NCBI GenBank assembly: GCA_951406725.2
Contig: OX597823.1
Coordinates: forward strand, 23,498,001 to 23,562,000
Length of the DNA stretch: 64,000 nt
DNA from: Octopus vulgaris
Lineage: Eukaryota
Direction: 5' to 3'
In this document: positions 15,401 to 28,938 of the stretch, in pieces
Position numbering within the stretch: the stretch's first letter is position 1
Layout: the number at the start of each line of letters is the position of its first letter
Notes under the pieces: generated by a model
What the model saw: the letters and a program-made list of their open reading frames with translations, nothing else
The model's database searches: none
What the model was told of the DNA's origin: nothing
Made by a program: the position numbers and the translations under genes

Positions 15401-18400
15401 ATAAAGTTAAGCAGCAATGCCCATACAAAAGCCAGCAATGTTTATGAGAAATTTTTAGGTCCAGTAAGGCTTGTACGATCCTCTCTGTCCTATTTATATG
15501 ATCCAGAGACAAGTTGAGGAAATGTATCTAGTGCCAGTACAAATGTTTTATATCTGTGTACAAGTATCTTCAATTTGATTTATTCAGTGTCTTTTATTCT
15601 ATCATCTCATTTTCATGTGTCAATTTCTGTTATGAATTCCAGTTTATGGCATAGTTAACTGTGGATCTCCAAAAGAAATTTTTGGTGCATCAAAAATCTA
15701 CAAAAGCACCACATATAAATCTGAAGTGACCTACGTTTGCCCTACAGGATCAGAATTAAAGTCAGTATGTGAAAAGGACAGCAAATGGACTCCGGAAGTA
15801 TCATCTTGTATAGGTAATGTCAATAGTTTCTCTCTTGTCTCTGTCTAAATAAATTTGTTTTATTTTTGTATTAAATGTCTTTGTCAGAGAAAGCTTGGCT
15901 GATTCCATGACAGTTTCCATGGAGTTTGAGGTTGGAGGAAGGAAAAGAGGAGACTATCTTCAGATCAGAGACTTCCCCCAAATGCTTGCAACAGAGTGAA
16001 CTCCATTAATGCTGCCCAAGTACAAGTAATGCAACGAAGTCAAGTGATGGATTATGTCTGCCAGCCAAGAGCTGAAAGTATAGAAACTTTTTCTCTGTAG
16101 GAGGCTTCCTCATAGTTTCCATCCACCAAATTTAATCACAAGGTTTAATTGGGAAGTGAATTTTTAACCTACAAAACCCCTCCCTGTATCTCATTGTTGT
16201 TAAGTAAACCTATTACCTCCACAGTTGTACCTCAGCTCATCTTGATAATTCTTCTCTTAATTTCTAACTTGACCTTTTTCACGCACACTGTCTTCAGTCC
16301 TTTCAACCTCAGTCCCATCACTTCCATATAGAGGAAAAGTATCTTCTCTGTGCAGTTAAGGAGAGTGTGGGACAATTGTCATTATGGACTTAACTGATAG
16401 CCATATCCATACCACACACCATAGCAGTTGTTTGATATAACTCCACAAGTCAGCAATGCCTGGATGATGAATGAGTGTATGCAATGTATTTCCTGACCAA
16501 AATTCCTCCAAAACAAACTTTTCAATTCATTTTCATTGATTCTCAAAGCAACTGTTTATAATGTTAGTGCTCTATCCCTCTCTAACCCTCAATAGATTGC
16601 AAGAGAGAAACATCCAGCAATCACATTGTTTAGGTTAGGTTTAATCCAGCATACTATGTATCTTCTGAAATCCTTAGAATTACATCAAGTAATGTGAACT
16701 AACCATTTATAAAATGGTGGTGATTGATGAGGGAAGCCTTCTTAATATTTCAAAAATGTTGGGCATCCACATAGGGTAATTTTGTGTGGCTGGTCCATAG
16801 TATATGTTGATTTTTAAATTGCAAGTCAACATATCTAACACAGTTTACCCTATAGTATAATCTGTTATATGGTTCAATGCTACAACCAAGCCCTTCATGG
16901 CAATGGTGGTAGCCAATTCTTGGTCCAAGGTTAATAACTTTATTACTGTAACAAACATTCACATTGACCCACAGATGCTCAAGTTAGGAATGGGTCACAT
17001 TAATCTCACAAGTGTAGGATGTAGTGTGGCCTGAAAATTTCATAACATAGATGTTTCTCTCATGAATAGCTTATTAAAAGTTAAAAATACATCATTGTAA
17101 TAAATTCTATATTGTTTAGGGACATGGCCAAACATAATTAGAGAAAGCAATGAGACTGATTGATATTCATGTCTTTCTCAAGGGCACTGATTGTCTATGT
17201 AAAGTGAACTGACTTAGACTGAAAATCAAATCCAGACCATTAACTCACACCACTCAATCCATATTTATACTAATAATTATTCTTGTTGTTAAAACGTTAT
17301 GGATTGACATAAGCAGTAGAACATCAGACAATCTCTGCTGTGGTGTTAGAACATCAGACAATCTGTGTCATGTATTATGGGTCTTTAACTTCTGACTTTA
17401 AATCTTACTGATGTCAACTTTGTTTTTTCAGAGCCATTAAAATAACATACCAGTCAAATGTAAAAGCTAATTCAATCAATCCTTACCTTAAAAATTTGGC
17501 CTATTATTATTATTATTATTTTTCATTTGGTCTAAATTTTACTTTAACTCTAGACACCAAGCTACATTTTGTGAAAGTAAAAGATGCACTTCTGGATGTA
17601 TCTGGGAAAATCTTGAACAAAAAGAAGGTAACAGCAGACGCCTGTGCACAAGAATGTTTGTCTGACAAAACTTGTCTATCATTTGAAACAACAAAACAAA
17701 ATGGAGAATGTTACTTATCAAAGAAAACTGCAGCTTCCTCCCAGAAATTAAAGTCAGACAAAAACAGAAATTACTACCAACGAATAAAACGTAATTATTT
17801 TTTGTATTTTATGTTTGGAATTGTCTTTTCCTGTTTCTTCTGAATTTATGAATCTGTTTGTACTTCATAGTATATAGGCAACCATTTCTGTAAAGACATT
17901 GACAGTTTAACTATGAGGACAGGCATAGGCATGTTCCTGAATAAAATAGTGATGAAATATTGTGCTGCAACAATACTATCTAAGCTATTATGAAATGTAA
18001 ATACTGTTTGAACATTTTCATACAGTACTTGTAAACCTTGAACAATTTTTTGGATGTTTACATTTCTTTTTCTATACAAGAGAAGGAACTTGTTATTTTT
18101 CTTAAATATGAATAGTAGGAGTAGTTATTCAATATAGACGTATGGTATTAAAAACAAAACAGCCAGCATATTCACTCAAGTTGATCTCAAAGATTTCATC
18201 CTTTCTTGTTGAAATCCTTCTTTCTTGAAAACCGTTGGCACCAGGGTAAATTCATTAGGTTTAGTGATCTCAGTATTTAAGTAATCATGAATGCTAGGAC
18301 ATCATTGTGATGGAGATTTTCTGGGACAAAATGAAAGACAAGCCATTTCTTGGTATAACTATGGGGAAATTTAACTGGGGAGATATTATCTTTGACAAGA

Positions 18401-18987
18401 GAAAAGATAGAAGAGGAGACAGATAAGAATGCGTCTGGTCTGTAAGACAGTTTGAAAGAAAAGAAAGAGGATCATGTGAGGAAAAGAAAGATGCATGATG
18501 ATCATGTGTGAGCAACGAGAGAGTAAAGGAGAAAGCAGGAAAAAGAGAGACAGATAGATAGAAAACAGTGAAGGGGAGAAAAAGAATTAGAGAAAGGATG
18601 AAAGAGAAAAAATGAAAAGGGGAGAAAAAAGAATTAGAAAAAAGAGGAGAGAAAAAACAAAAGGGGGTGTGAGAAAACAGTAGAGGGTAGAGTCACATCA
18701 AAATTATTAAGATACACTTACATGGAAATGGATGTGTGGCAAATCCCAAATTTTATTTTGGTTCGCAAGAGCAACTGCCTTTCGAAGCATCATATTGTCA
18801 TTAATTGCTCAAAATGGGGAGTAAATGGACAGCCAACAACTGATGAAGGGGCGTTCTTTATGCTACATGTCTTGTTTCCATTTGTTTCTCTCATTGTTCA
18901 CATACCCAAGTTTGTCTTTGTATTTCATGTTGCTTTCATATTTTGTATTTCATGTGTATGTTTTGTGATGTCCTGTACTCATATATG

Positions 18988-19018
<31 letters not shown>

Positions 19019-20058
19019 AAGGTTTGAAAATGCAATTTAACGATGTTTATTTACTTAACCGGTTTCACTTTTGGTAAAGATTGTCAAAAGTTACATTTAA
19101 GGAAACATTGAATAATATGGGTTCAAAAGTTTTTTACATAATTGTCACATTGAATATTATCATTCAAAGTTTTTCATAATTGTCACATTGGATATTATGG
19201 GTTCAAAAGTTTTACATAATTGTCACATTGAATATTATGCATTCAAAAGTTTTACATATTGTCACATTAATTATGGGTTCAAAAGTTTTTACATAATTGT
19301 CACATTGAATATTATGCATTCAAAAGTTTTTACATAATTGTCACATTGAATATTATGATTCAAAAAGTTTTTTAATAATTGTCACATTGGATATTATGGG
19401 TTCAAAAAGTTTTTACATAATTGTCACATTGAATATTATGCATTCAAAAAATCCCTAAAAACCTCCTCACCAACGCAAATTACACAACACAAACCCACCG
19501 CCCACCATCAAAAATGTGGTCGCCCCAACTGTAAGACCTGCATCCACCTCATTGAGGGATCGTCGTACAAGTTCCACTGGACACATTCATCATAAAAATA
19601 ACTTCACGTGCGCATCAAAAATTTACTCTACGTCATAAGGTGTGAAGGATGCCACGAAGACTACATAGGGCAACGATACCTCAGAGACAGAATGACAGTT
19701 CACCGACAACACTGAGGGACCCCTCCACAAGACAGATACTAAGTGGACACTTAGACCTTTGTGCACACAATAAGTCCCCAAATTTAGTCTTCCCACTATA
19801 CCAATGTCGGACAACACCACAGACCAAACACGATAAATAAGGAAAGTAATCTTATTCAAAAATACAGACCACAACTAACATACTCAACATACCCTGGAAG
19901 CACATCCAGAGCAAGCACACAGGGACGCGCGCACGCTCAGCATATCGTGCGGGCGGGCACATGCGCGCATCGGCACGCATAGGACACACTAGCGGGCATT
20001 GACCGACACATACGTGGCATGCACACGCATGCATTATATATATGTAGGTGATGTATGT

Positions 20059-20108
<50 letters not shown>

Positions 20109-21067
20109 GTGTATATTGTGTGTGCGCGCGTTGTATGTGTGTGTGTGTGTGCACGTGTGTATATATGTGTGTGTGTGTGTGCACTGTGTGCGGGTGTGTG
20201 TATGTGTGTGTGTGTGTGTGTGAGCATTGTGTACGTGTGTATGTATTTACATATGTATCTGTTTTTATATATATATATATATATATATATTGTGTGTGTG
20301 TTGTGTGTGTGTATATGCATGGTATGTGTGTATATGTTAGTACTTTGTTTGTGTGTATGTATGTAGAGATATATTTGAGTGTGTACGCTATAGGTTTGTA
20401 ATTTGTGTGTGGGGGGGGGGTGAATTTTTTATATATATATGTGTGTGAAAAAATATATGTATGTGCATGTATGTATGTATGTATGTGTGTATATATATAT
20501 ATATGTATATATATGTGTGTGTGTGTATGTGTGTGTGTATATTTATTTGCATGTTTAGTGTGTATAAACATGTACATATTTGCATGCGCATTGTGTATAT
20601 GTATATTGTATGTATGTGTATTGTATATGTACGTGTACAATTAAGTGTATATATTTGTGTGTATGTGTGCACTGTATATATGTATATTGTAGGTGTGTAT
20701 ATGTGCATGAATACATGTATATGCATTGGTGTATATATATGTATGCATTGTGTGTGTATGTATGTTATGTGTGTGTGTGTGTATATATATATTATATGTA
20801 TGCGTATGTATGTGTATGCATTGTATGTATGTGTGTGTGTGTATATGTGGTACATCTATGTATGTGTATGTAAACACTATTTATATGTATATGTGTATAT
20901 ATGTATATGCATTGTCTATATATATATATTATATGTATGTATTACGTATGTATATTGCATGCATATATTGGTATATATATTATACATGCTGTATGTGTAT
21001 TGTATGTGTGTATATATATGCTAGGTGTATTTGTGATATTTATATTATGTATGTATGTGTGCGTGTG

Positions 21068-21112
<45 letters not shown>

Positions 21113-21986
21113 TTATATATCTGTGTATGTTATATATAGATACATGTTATATTTGTGTGCTGTGTGTATATGTGATATATGTGGGTGTTGTGTGTGGGTG
21201 TGTGTGTTCTGTGTGTGTGTGTGTTGTTTGTATGTGGTGTGTGTTTGTATACTATGTGTGTGTGTGTTGTGTGTGTGTGTGTTTGTGTGTATATATATGT
21301 GTGTGACAAACAGACGCTGTCTGACCAGCAGGCACGGACATATCTATTCACACCCGCATACTAACCTCCTGATAACCCCAAAATCATTCATGCATAAAGG
21401 GAAGTATACACCACATTGGCTACTTCTTCTGTTCTCTCAGTTCAGCTTCTGCTAATACTGACAGGTCAGTAAAAACATATAAATATTCTGAGATGTACAA
21501 AAAGCCATTTTAATTTTTGTGTAAAACGCTGTATATATATACCAAAGATTGTATATATATACATGTAATGTGACATTGCACAACCAATAATTAACAACCA
21601 ATTCCCAATAATATATTTGTTTTATCCTTTTCTGCCAAATTTTCCCAAATAATGTGACAATTATGTATAAAAACATTTTGAATTCATAATATCAATGTGA
21701 CAATTATGTAAACTTTTTGAATGCATAATATTCAATGTGACAATTATGTAAAAACTTTTTGAACCCATAATATCCAATGTGACAATTATGTAAAAACTTT
21801 TGAATGCATAATATTCAATGTGACAATTATGTAAAAACTTTTTGAACCCATATTATTCAATGTTTCTAAATTAACTTTTGACAATCTTTTACCAAAGATG
21901 AAACCGGTTAAGTAAATAAACATCGTTTAAATTGCATTTTCAAACCTTTTTCTTATATAATCCCACTGTGGATACCCACAACTCAA

Positions 21987-22030
<44 letters not shown>

Positions 22031-22361
22031 TATACACATATATGTATATATGTACATATATATGTAATATGTACAATATATATATATGTACATATATACA
22101 TATATATGTATATATGTACATATATACATATATATGTATATATGTACATATATACATATATATGTATATATATATAATATATATATATATATACATATAT
22201 ATGTATATATATATCATCATCATCATCATCATCATCATTTAACGTCCGCTTTCCATGCTAGGTTGGAATATATATATAATATATATATACATATATATGT
22301 ATATATATATTTATATAATATACATATATATGTATGTATATATATATATAATATATATATG

Positions 22362-22392
<31 letters not shown>

Positions 22393-22393
22393 G

Positions 22394-22452
<59 letters not shown>

Positions 22453-23767
22453 TATATACATATATGCATGTGTATATATATATATATATGTGTGTATATA
22501 TATATATATATGTATGTGTATATATATATATATATATACATATATATGTATGTATATATACATATATATGTATGTATATATATACTAGCTGAAGGTGACC
22601 CGCTCTACGCGTGGGTAAGAGTGTGGTTGTTACTTTCTGTTGCTTCCTTTCAGCACGTAAAAAGCACCATCTGAACGTGGCCGATTGCAGCGCCGCCTTG
22701 ACTTGCTTCTGTGCCGGTTGCACGTAAAAAGCACCAACCGATCGTTGCCGCTGCGAGCCCCCCTGGCACCTGTGCCGGTGGCACTAAAAAAGCACCCACT
22801 ACACTCATGGAGTGGTTGGCGTTAGGAAGGTCATCCACCTGTAGAAACACTGCCAGATCAGACTGGAGCCTGGTGCAGTCTCCTGGCTTCCCAGACCCCC
22901 GGTCACACTGTCCAACCCGTGCTAGCATGGAAAACGGACGTTAAACAATGATGATGATGATGATGATGATTCTCCCTCTTTGTTTCTCTCTCCTTTCTCT
23001 CTTACTTTTCTTTTCTCTCGGACTCTCCCTTGCTTTCTCTTACTCTCTATCTTTATCTATCTCTCTTCCATTTATAAACAACAGAAGATCTTGAGTAAGA
23101 TGAGAAAGAAAATATTTAGAAAGATCAATCATAAATATCAGGCAGTGGCAACGGAAAGGTCTGCTTCAAGGCAGACAGCAAAACGCTAACATTTAAAAGG
23201 GACAGATGAACTTGCGAGCTGAATAAAAATAATAAAATATTGGAAACCAAAGTTTGAAGGGATAGAATCTGAGGATAGTAGAGTCACCATGGCTGGCATT
23301 TCTTAACGATGGACAACAACGTATTGACAGTTTAACGGCTGGCGTAAAGTTTCGAACTTGATGTAAAAGAAAATTCGTAAACACCAAGTTTTGAAGTGAT
23401 TCTTTCTCACGACAGTAGACTCACCATGGCAAGCATTCAAAACTTCTTTATCATGGACGGCAACACATTGACGATTAAAAGGCTGGCGCAAATGTTTTAG
23501 CTTGATGTAACAGAGAATTCCTAAACTCCCGCTCCTTGAAATTTTAATCCCCTTCCAGCCCCATTTAGACCCCTTTTCACATTTTGGTTAATATAACCCG
23601 ATTTCATTCAGGCCTACCGGGGCCACATTTTATAAGATGAGGAATTTTGTCCTGGAGGTGACGCCTTTCATTTGAGGAAAAAAATAGTTGTCATGCAAAC
23701 TTGCCAGCACTTTTAACATAGGTGTGCATATTTTCAGCTGAATCGACTGACTACGTAATGCACACAT

Positions 23768-23846
<79 letters not shown>

Positions 23847-26610
23847 ACGCATTATATATACAAATGTATACAAATGAGATATATATCTGTATAAATTAAA
23901 TTAGAGATAAAACCACTAATAGGCAAATCAAACAGTGAAAAACCAAAAACAAAAACATAAAAAAAAATATAATATATAAAATATATAAAATATAAAATTG
24001 AAAAATTTAAATTATTTAAATTGAAAATAAAAATTATTAAATTATATTTATAATTTGTTTAAAAATATATATAACTATGAAAAAGTATGAAAAAGCTTTA
24101 ATATACATAAATACAGATATATACACTTTGTATATATACATTATATATACATATTTATATATAGAACACACACACACACACACACATACATTATATATAC
24201 ATATTTATATATAGAACACACACACACACACATACATTATATATACATATTTATATATAGAACACACACACACACACACACATATAAATGAACGAAAGAA
24301 TATCTGATTCATAATATTTGTTCTCATGCTCGTGTGTTGTTGGTGACAGACAGATACTTAAAAGAACACCGCCGAAGCGATGGGAAGGTAGGAAACAGAG
24401 TCAGTGAAAAAGAGAGGAAATAGCGAGAGTGACAGATACTTTAAATAACGGTAGTGGAATTCTGAAAGTTATAAATGAAGGGGAGTAAGAGAGGGAAAGG
24501 AGGAAATAGCGTGAGTGAGGAAGATGGCCCCTAGCAACCACATCTTTTAAGATAGGGATTTCTAAGGTAGCCCACGAGCATCGTCACCTCATTCTACATG
24601 TCCCTGTAAATTTTGGAGCGAATCGGACGGGACATAGTGGCATTGAAAGCGATCCAAGCGGTAAAAACGCATTTCAGTTTTATATATGACTGAATGCCAT
24701 GCATTCATTTCCAAGTAAGTTTATAGTAGTAATTTTGATGCAACTCTACCCTGTACTGTTCTCTCTCTCCCCCTTTCGTTTTTCTCTCTCTTCCTTTCTC
24801 TAATTCTTTTTTCTCCCCTTGTTCCCCTTTTGTTTTTTCTCTATCTTAACTTTTCACCGTTTTCTATCTGTCACTGTCTGTTTCTGTCCCTCCTCCTTTA
24901 CTCTCTCTTGTTGCTCACGTGACCATCGTCCATTTTTCTTTTCTTCACATGATCATCTTTTCTTTCAGTCTGACTTAGAGACCAGATGCATTCTTATCTG
25001 TCTTCTCTTCTATCTTTTCTCTTGTCAAAGACAATATTCCTCCAGTGTTCGCTACCTTACCTTGTCTAGCCTAATGGCCCTATATGTTTCCATTTGGTTT
25101 GTTGTATGTCTCCACTGTCTTGTTTTTGTTACCAACTTCAACCTTCCTCAAATACCAAATATTATTTTTGTTCACGGGAGCAACTGCCTTTCGAAGCCTC
25201 ATATTGTCGTTAATTGCTTGAAATGAGGAGTAGATGGACAGCCGAGAACTGAAGGGTTGTTCTTTGTGTTACTTGTCTTGTTTTCCATCTGTTTCTCTCA
25301 TTCTTTGCATACTCAAGTTTGTCTTCGTATTTCATGTTGTTTATGTTTTGTGATGTCTTGTACCTATATATGTCTTGTACCTATATATGTCTTGTACCTA
25401 TATAAGCAAAGTATTGAACGAAACTCCACGCATAGCATTTGAAAGAGATCGAAAGAGGTGGAAATCTGTTGGTGCCAAATCAGGAGAGTATGGCAGGTGT
25501 GGCAGCACTTCCAAGCCATGCGTTTGAATGGCTTCCTTGATCATATTGGCGATATGAAGGTGGGCATTGTCATGCAGCAGAACTCCATGCTGACAATTAG
25601 GTCTTTTCTCTTGAATAGCCGTGTTGAGTCATTCCATCTGTTGAACGTAGAGTTCCACATTGACCGTCTAGTTCCATTCAAGCAATTTGTAATAGATAAT
25701 CCCTTCCCAGTCCCACCATACGTACAACATTGTTTCACACAGATGAAGATCTTGTTTCACGCGTGGTATCACTAGTTTACCGTGGCTAAGCCGTTCCTTA
25801 CGCTGCTTCATATTGATGAACAGGCACCATTTTTCTTTGCCAGTAACAATTCGGTAAAGAAATCATTGCTTGTGTCCATGAGTTGAGTGGTGACGAGCAA
25901 GTAGACCAGCAGAGATTGTGGCGCATTGATTTTTGTTGTTGTCACTTAAAGCATGTGGAACCCATGGTCCATACTTCTGAACCTTGCCCATCTAGTGAAG
26001 ATGCTTCTCTATAGGCGTGTGGGAGCATTCCATTTTCTTTGCCAGTTTCCTTGTTGTTTGACGAGAATTTTCGTGCAAAAGTTGGTTTAATCGCTCTTCA
26101 TCGAACTCAATTGGACGTCCAGAACGAGGTGCGTCTTTGAGGTCAAAATTTCCGTTTTTGAACTTGGCGTACCAATCAGGAGTGGTTCTTTCAGCTATGG
26201 CACTCTCTCCATACACAGCACAAATGTTGCGAGCAGCTTTTGTGACCTTAGAACCTTGATTAAAAGTAAAACAAAGGAGGTGTCAAAAATGCTCATTTTT
26301 CTTAACTTGACACTCCATTTTGATGATTTGAAAATAGACAAAAATTAACTGAAATTAACTAGAAAAAAAACAAAAACAAAATAGATTTCAAAATGGTTCA
26401 AAAATAGAATTCTAAAAAAAAATAATAGATTCCAAAATTTAAAAACGTAACAAATTCTAAAATTTAAAAAAACCGCAGGAACTTAGTTGCCAACTCATTT
26501 TATTTAAATATATATATATATAAAGGAGAATTCACATAAAAATATATATATTTTATTTATATTATTATATGATTGAATGCCACTCATCCATTTCCAAGTA
26601 AGTTTACTTG

Positions 26611-26649
<39 letters not shown>

Positions 26650-26666
26650 GTGTGTGTGTGTATATA

Positions 26667-26729
<63 letters not shown>

Positions 26730-28902
26730 GTGTGTGTGTGTGTGTATGTGTGTGTGTGTATATATGTGTGCGTGTGTGTATATGTATGTAGGTATATATG
26801 TATGTTGGTATATATGTATGTAGGTATATATGTATGTAGGTATATATGTATGTAGGTATATGTGTATGTATGTATGTAAATATGTATTTACCGCTATCAT
26901 AAGAGACCTTTTGTGTGCAGATGATTGTGAGCTAGTAGCACACACAGAGGTTGATATGCAACACATTTTGAATGCATTCTCTGCTTGCACTGCCTTAGGA
27001 TTGACAGTCAATCTCAAGAAAACAGTTATGTACCAACCTGCCCCTGGTAAGCAGTATAGTGTACCAAATATCTATGTGTATGGTAAACGACTTGATGTAG
27101 TTGATCAGTTTGTCTACCTGGGAAGCACTATTAATAGATATAGCAATTTGGATGATGAAATTCCATATAGGATTAGGAAAGCAAGTGCTGCTTTCAGAAG
27201 GCTAGAAAAGCGCCCCTGGAGTCAGTGAGACATATGTAGAAAGACAAAGATAAAGGTGTACAAGGCATGTGTGCTCCCTTCTCTTTTCTATGCCTGCGAG
27301 ACGTGGGTCACATATCGATACCACCTTAAACAACTGGAACGTTTCCATCAGATGTGTCTCAGACGGATCTATGGCATTAAGTGGAAGGACCGTATCAGTG
27401 ATCTTGGAATATTGGAAGGCTCTCGGTGTGAAAATATAGAAGCTCTTGTGTTAAAGCAAAGGCTGAGATGGAGTGGTCATCTGGTCAGGATGAAGGATTC
27501 AAGGATGACAAAACAACTCTTTTATGGAGAGTTAGCTAACGGAGAATGACCTCCACATAAACCAAAAAAGAGGTATAAGGATTTGCTGAAGGCTTCCTTA
27601 AGAGATGCTTGCATCTCTCCTGACACATGGGAAGGCATAGCTATTGATCGTAGCAGGTGGAGAAGGATTGTGCATGAGGGGACAGCCACTTTTGAGAAAT
27701 CTCGAGTTGCACATGAGAAAGTAAGGAGGGATGTCAGGAAGGGCATCGCTGTTACACTTCCAGATGGGAAAGGTCTTCCTATGATGCTGACATGCAGTGT
27801 CTGTGCAAGACCCTGCCTCAGTAAAGCTGGACTCAAGAGTCATCTTTGTAGTCATAAAGCGAGACAGATGAGTGACAACCTGGCCACTGGTGGTGGTGTA
27901 ACACACCATACTAATCATATCTGTTGGGAATGTGGAAGAGAGTGTAATTCGGCAGGAGGACTTAAACAACATCCAAAGGTACATGTAGCCCAGTTGCAAC
28001 TACAGCTGGCTATTACCGGTTAAGGTTTTAGTTGCCAATTTTGTACAAGACATTGTAGATCTTTAGCTGGGTTAAAAAGTCACATTCAATCACAGCACCA
28101 ATAACAGTTAAGCTTTGTGCAATGGCCATACTCGATAACGAGGGGGCAGCCATCATGTATATATATGTATGTATGTATATATGTATGTATGTATATATAT
28201 GTATGTATGTATATGTATGTATGTATGTATATATTGATTTATGTATGTATGTATGTATATATATATATGTGTGTGTATAAATACAAGAAGATTATTAAGA
28301 ATGAAATTTTAATAAAAGGATAAAATTTCTTTGAATATTTTCAGTATATACCAAATTTTTACCACAATAGAGGGAGGAAAAGAAGATTGCAAAGAAATAG
28401 TTCAATATTTATTTACTTATTACTTATCTAAATATTAACTTATTATATGGTTTCTATAGAGATTGATCAAATGGATTTAACTGGTATCATGTTGGGAGCA
28501 ACAATAATAACTTCTTAAACCTATAATATAATCCTTAATTTAAAAAAGATTAGTGTAAAATATGATCGTTCCATAACTTAAATATTCCTTTAGCTGATAC
28601 CAAACATCAGTCTTTTATTGATATTAGCTAAATAAGTAAATATATAATTTTTAGTCTAATATATTTTGAATTATACTTTTCCTAAAAACCTTCTCTATTA
28701 GTGTTAACAAGCTACATGTACTTTACCATAGCATTAGTAATTAATCCATTTTATTTCCTTTTCTATGGTGTTCTGCCCTACTTGATCATTTTATTTTATT
28801 TCTTTATTATTTTATAAGTAGCCTTTATTTACTTATAAAATTAATCTAATTTTTGTATCTCTATAAATTCATACTTAGCCTATAAAAAACTATACTGGTA
28901 TA

Positions 28903-28938
<36 letters not shown>

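Larger units (their letters stand above)
19012..21990 (+). mobile_element. Penelope-like element (Neptune-type) 3' portion: GIY-YIG endonuclease remnant with inverted terminal arms, inserted in (TA)n
   Basis: 19452-19880 translates [10 protein letters not shown]...[29 protein letters not shown]...KYRPQL; arms 19012-19449 and 21652-21957 are reverse complements. Confidence 0.8.

Noticed and set aside
19118-19449. Regular 41-bp repeats resembling a CRISPR array
   Set aside because: No unique spacers, no cas genes, eukaryotic context; it is a minisatellite in a retroelement arm.
19852-22723. Many long ORFs rich in Y/I/H/T/C/V
   Set aside because: Translations of (TA)n/(TG)n/(CA)n microsatellites; the same applies near 3.9, 26.6, 30.7-31.5 and 34.5 kb.
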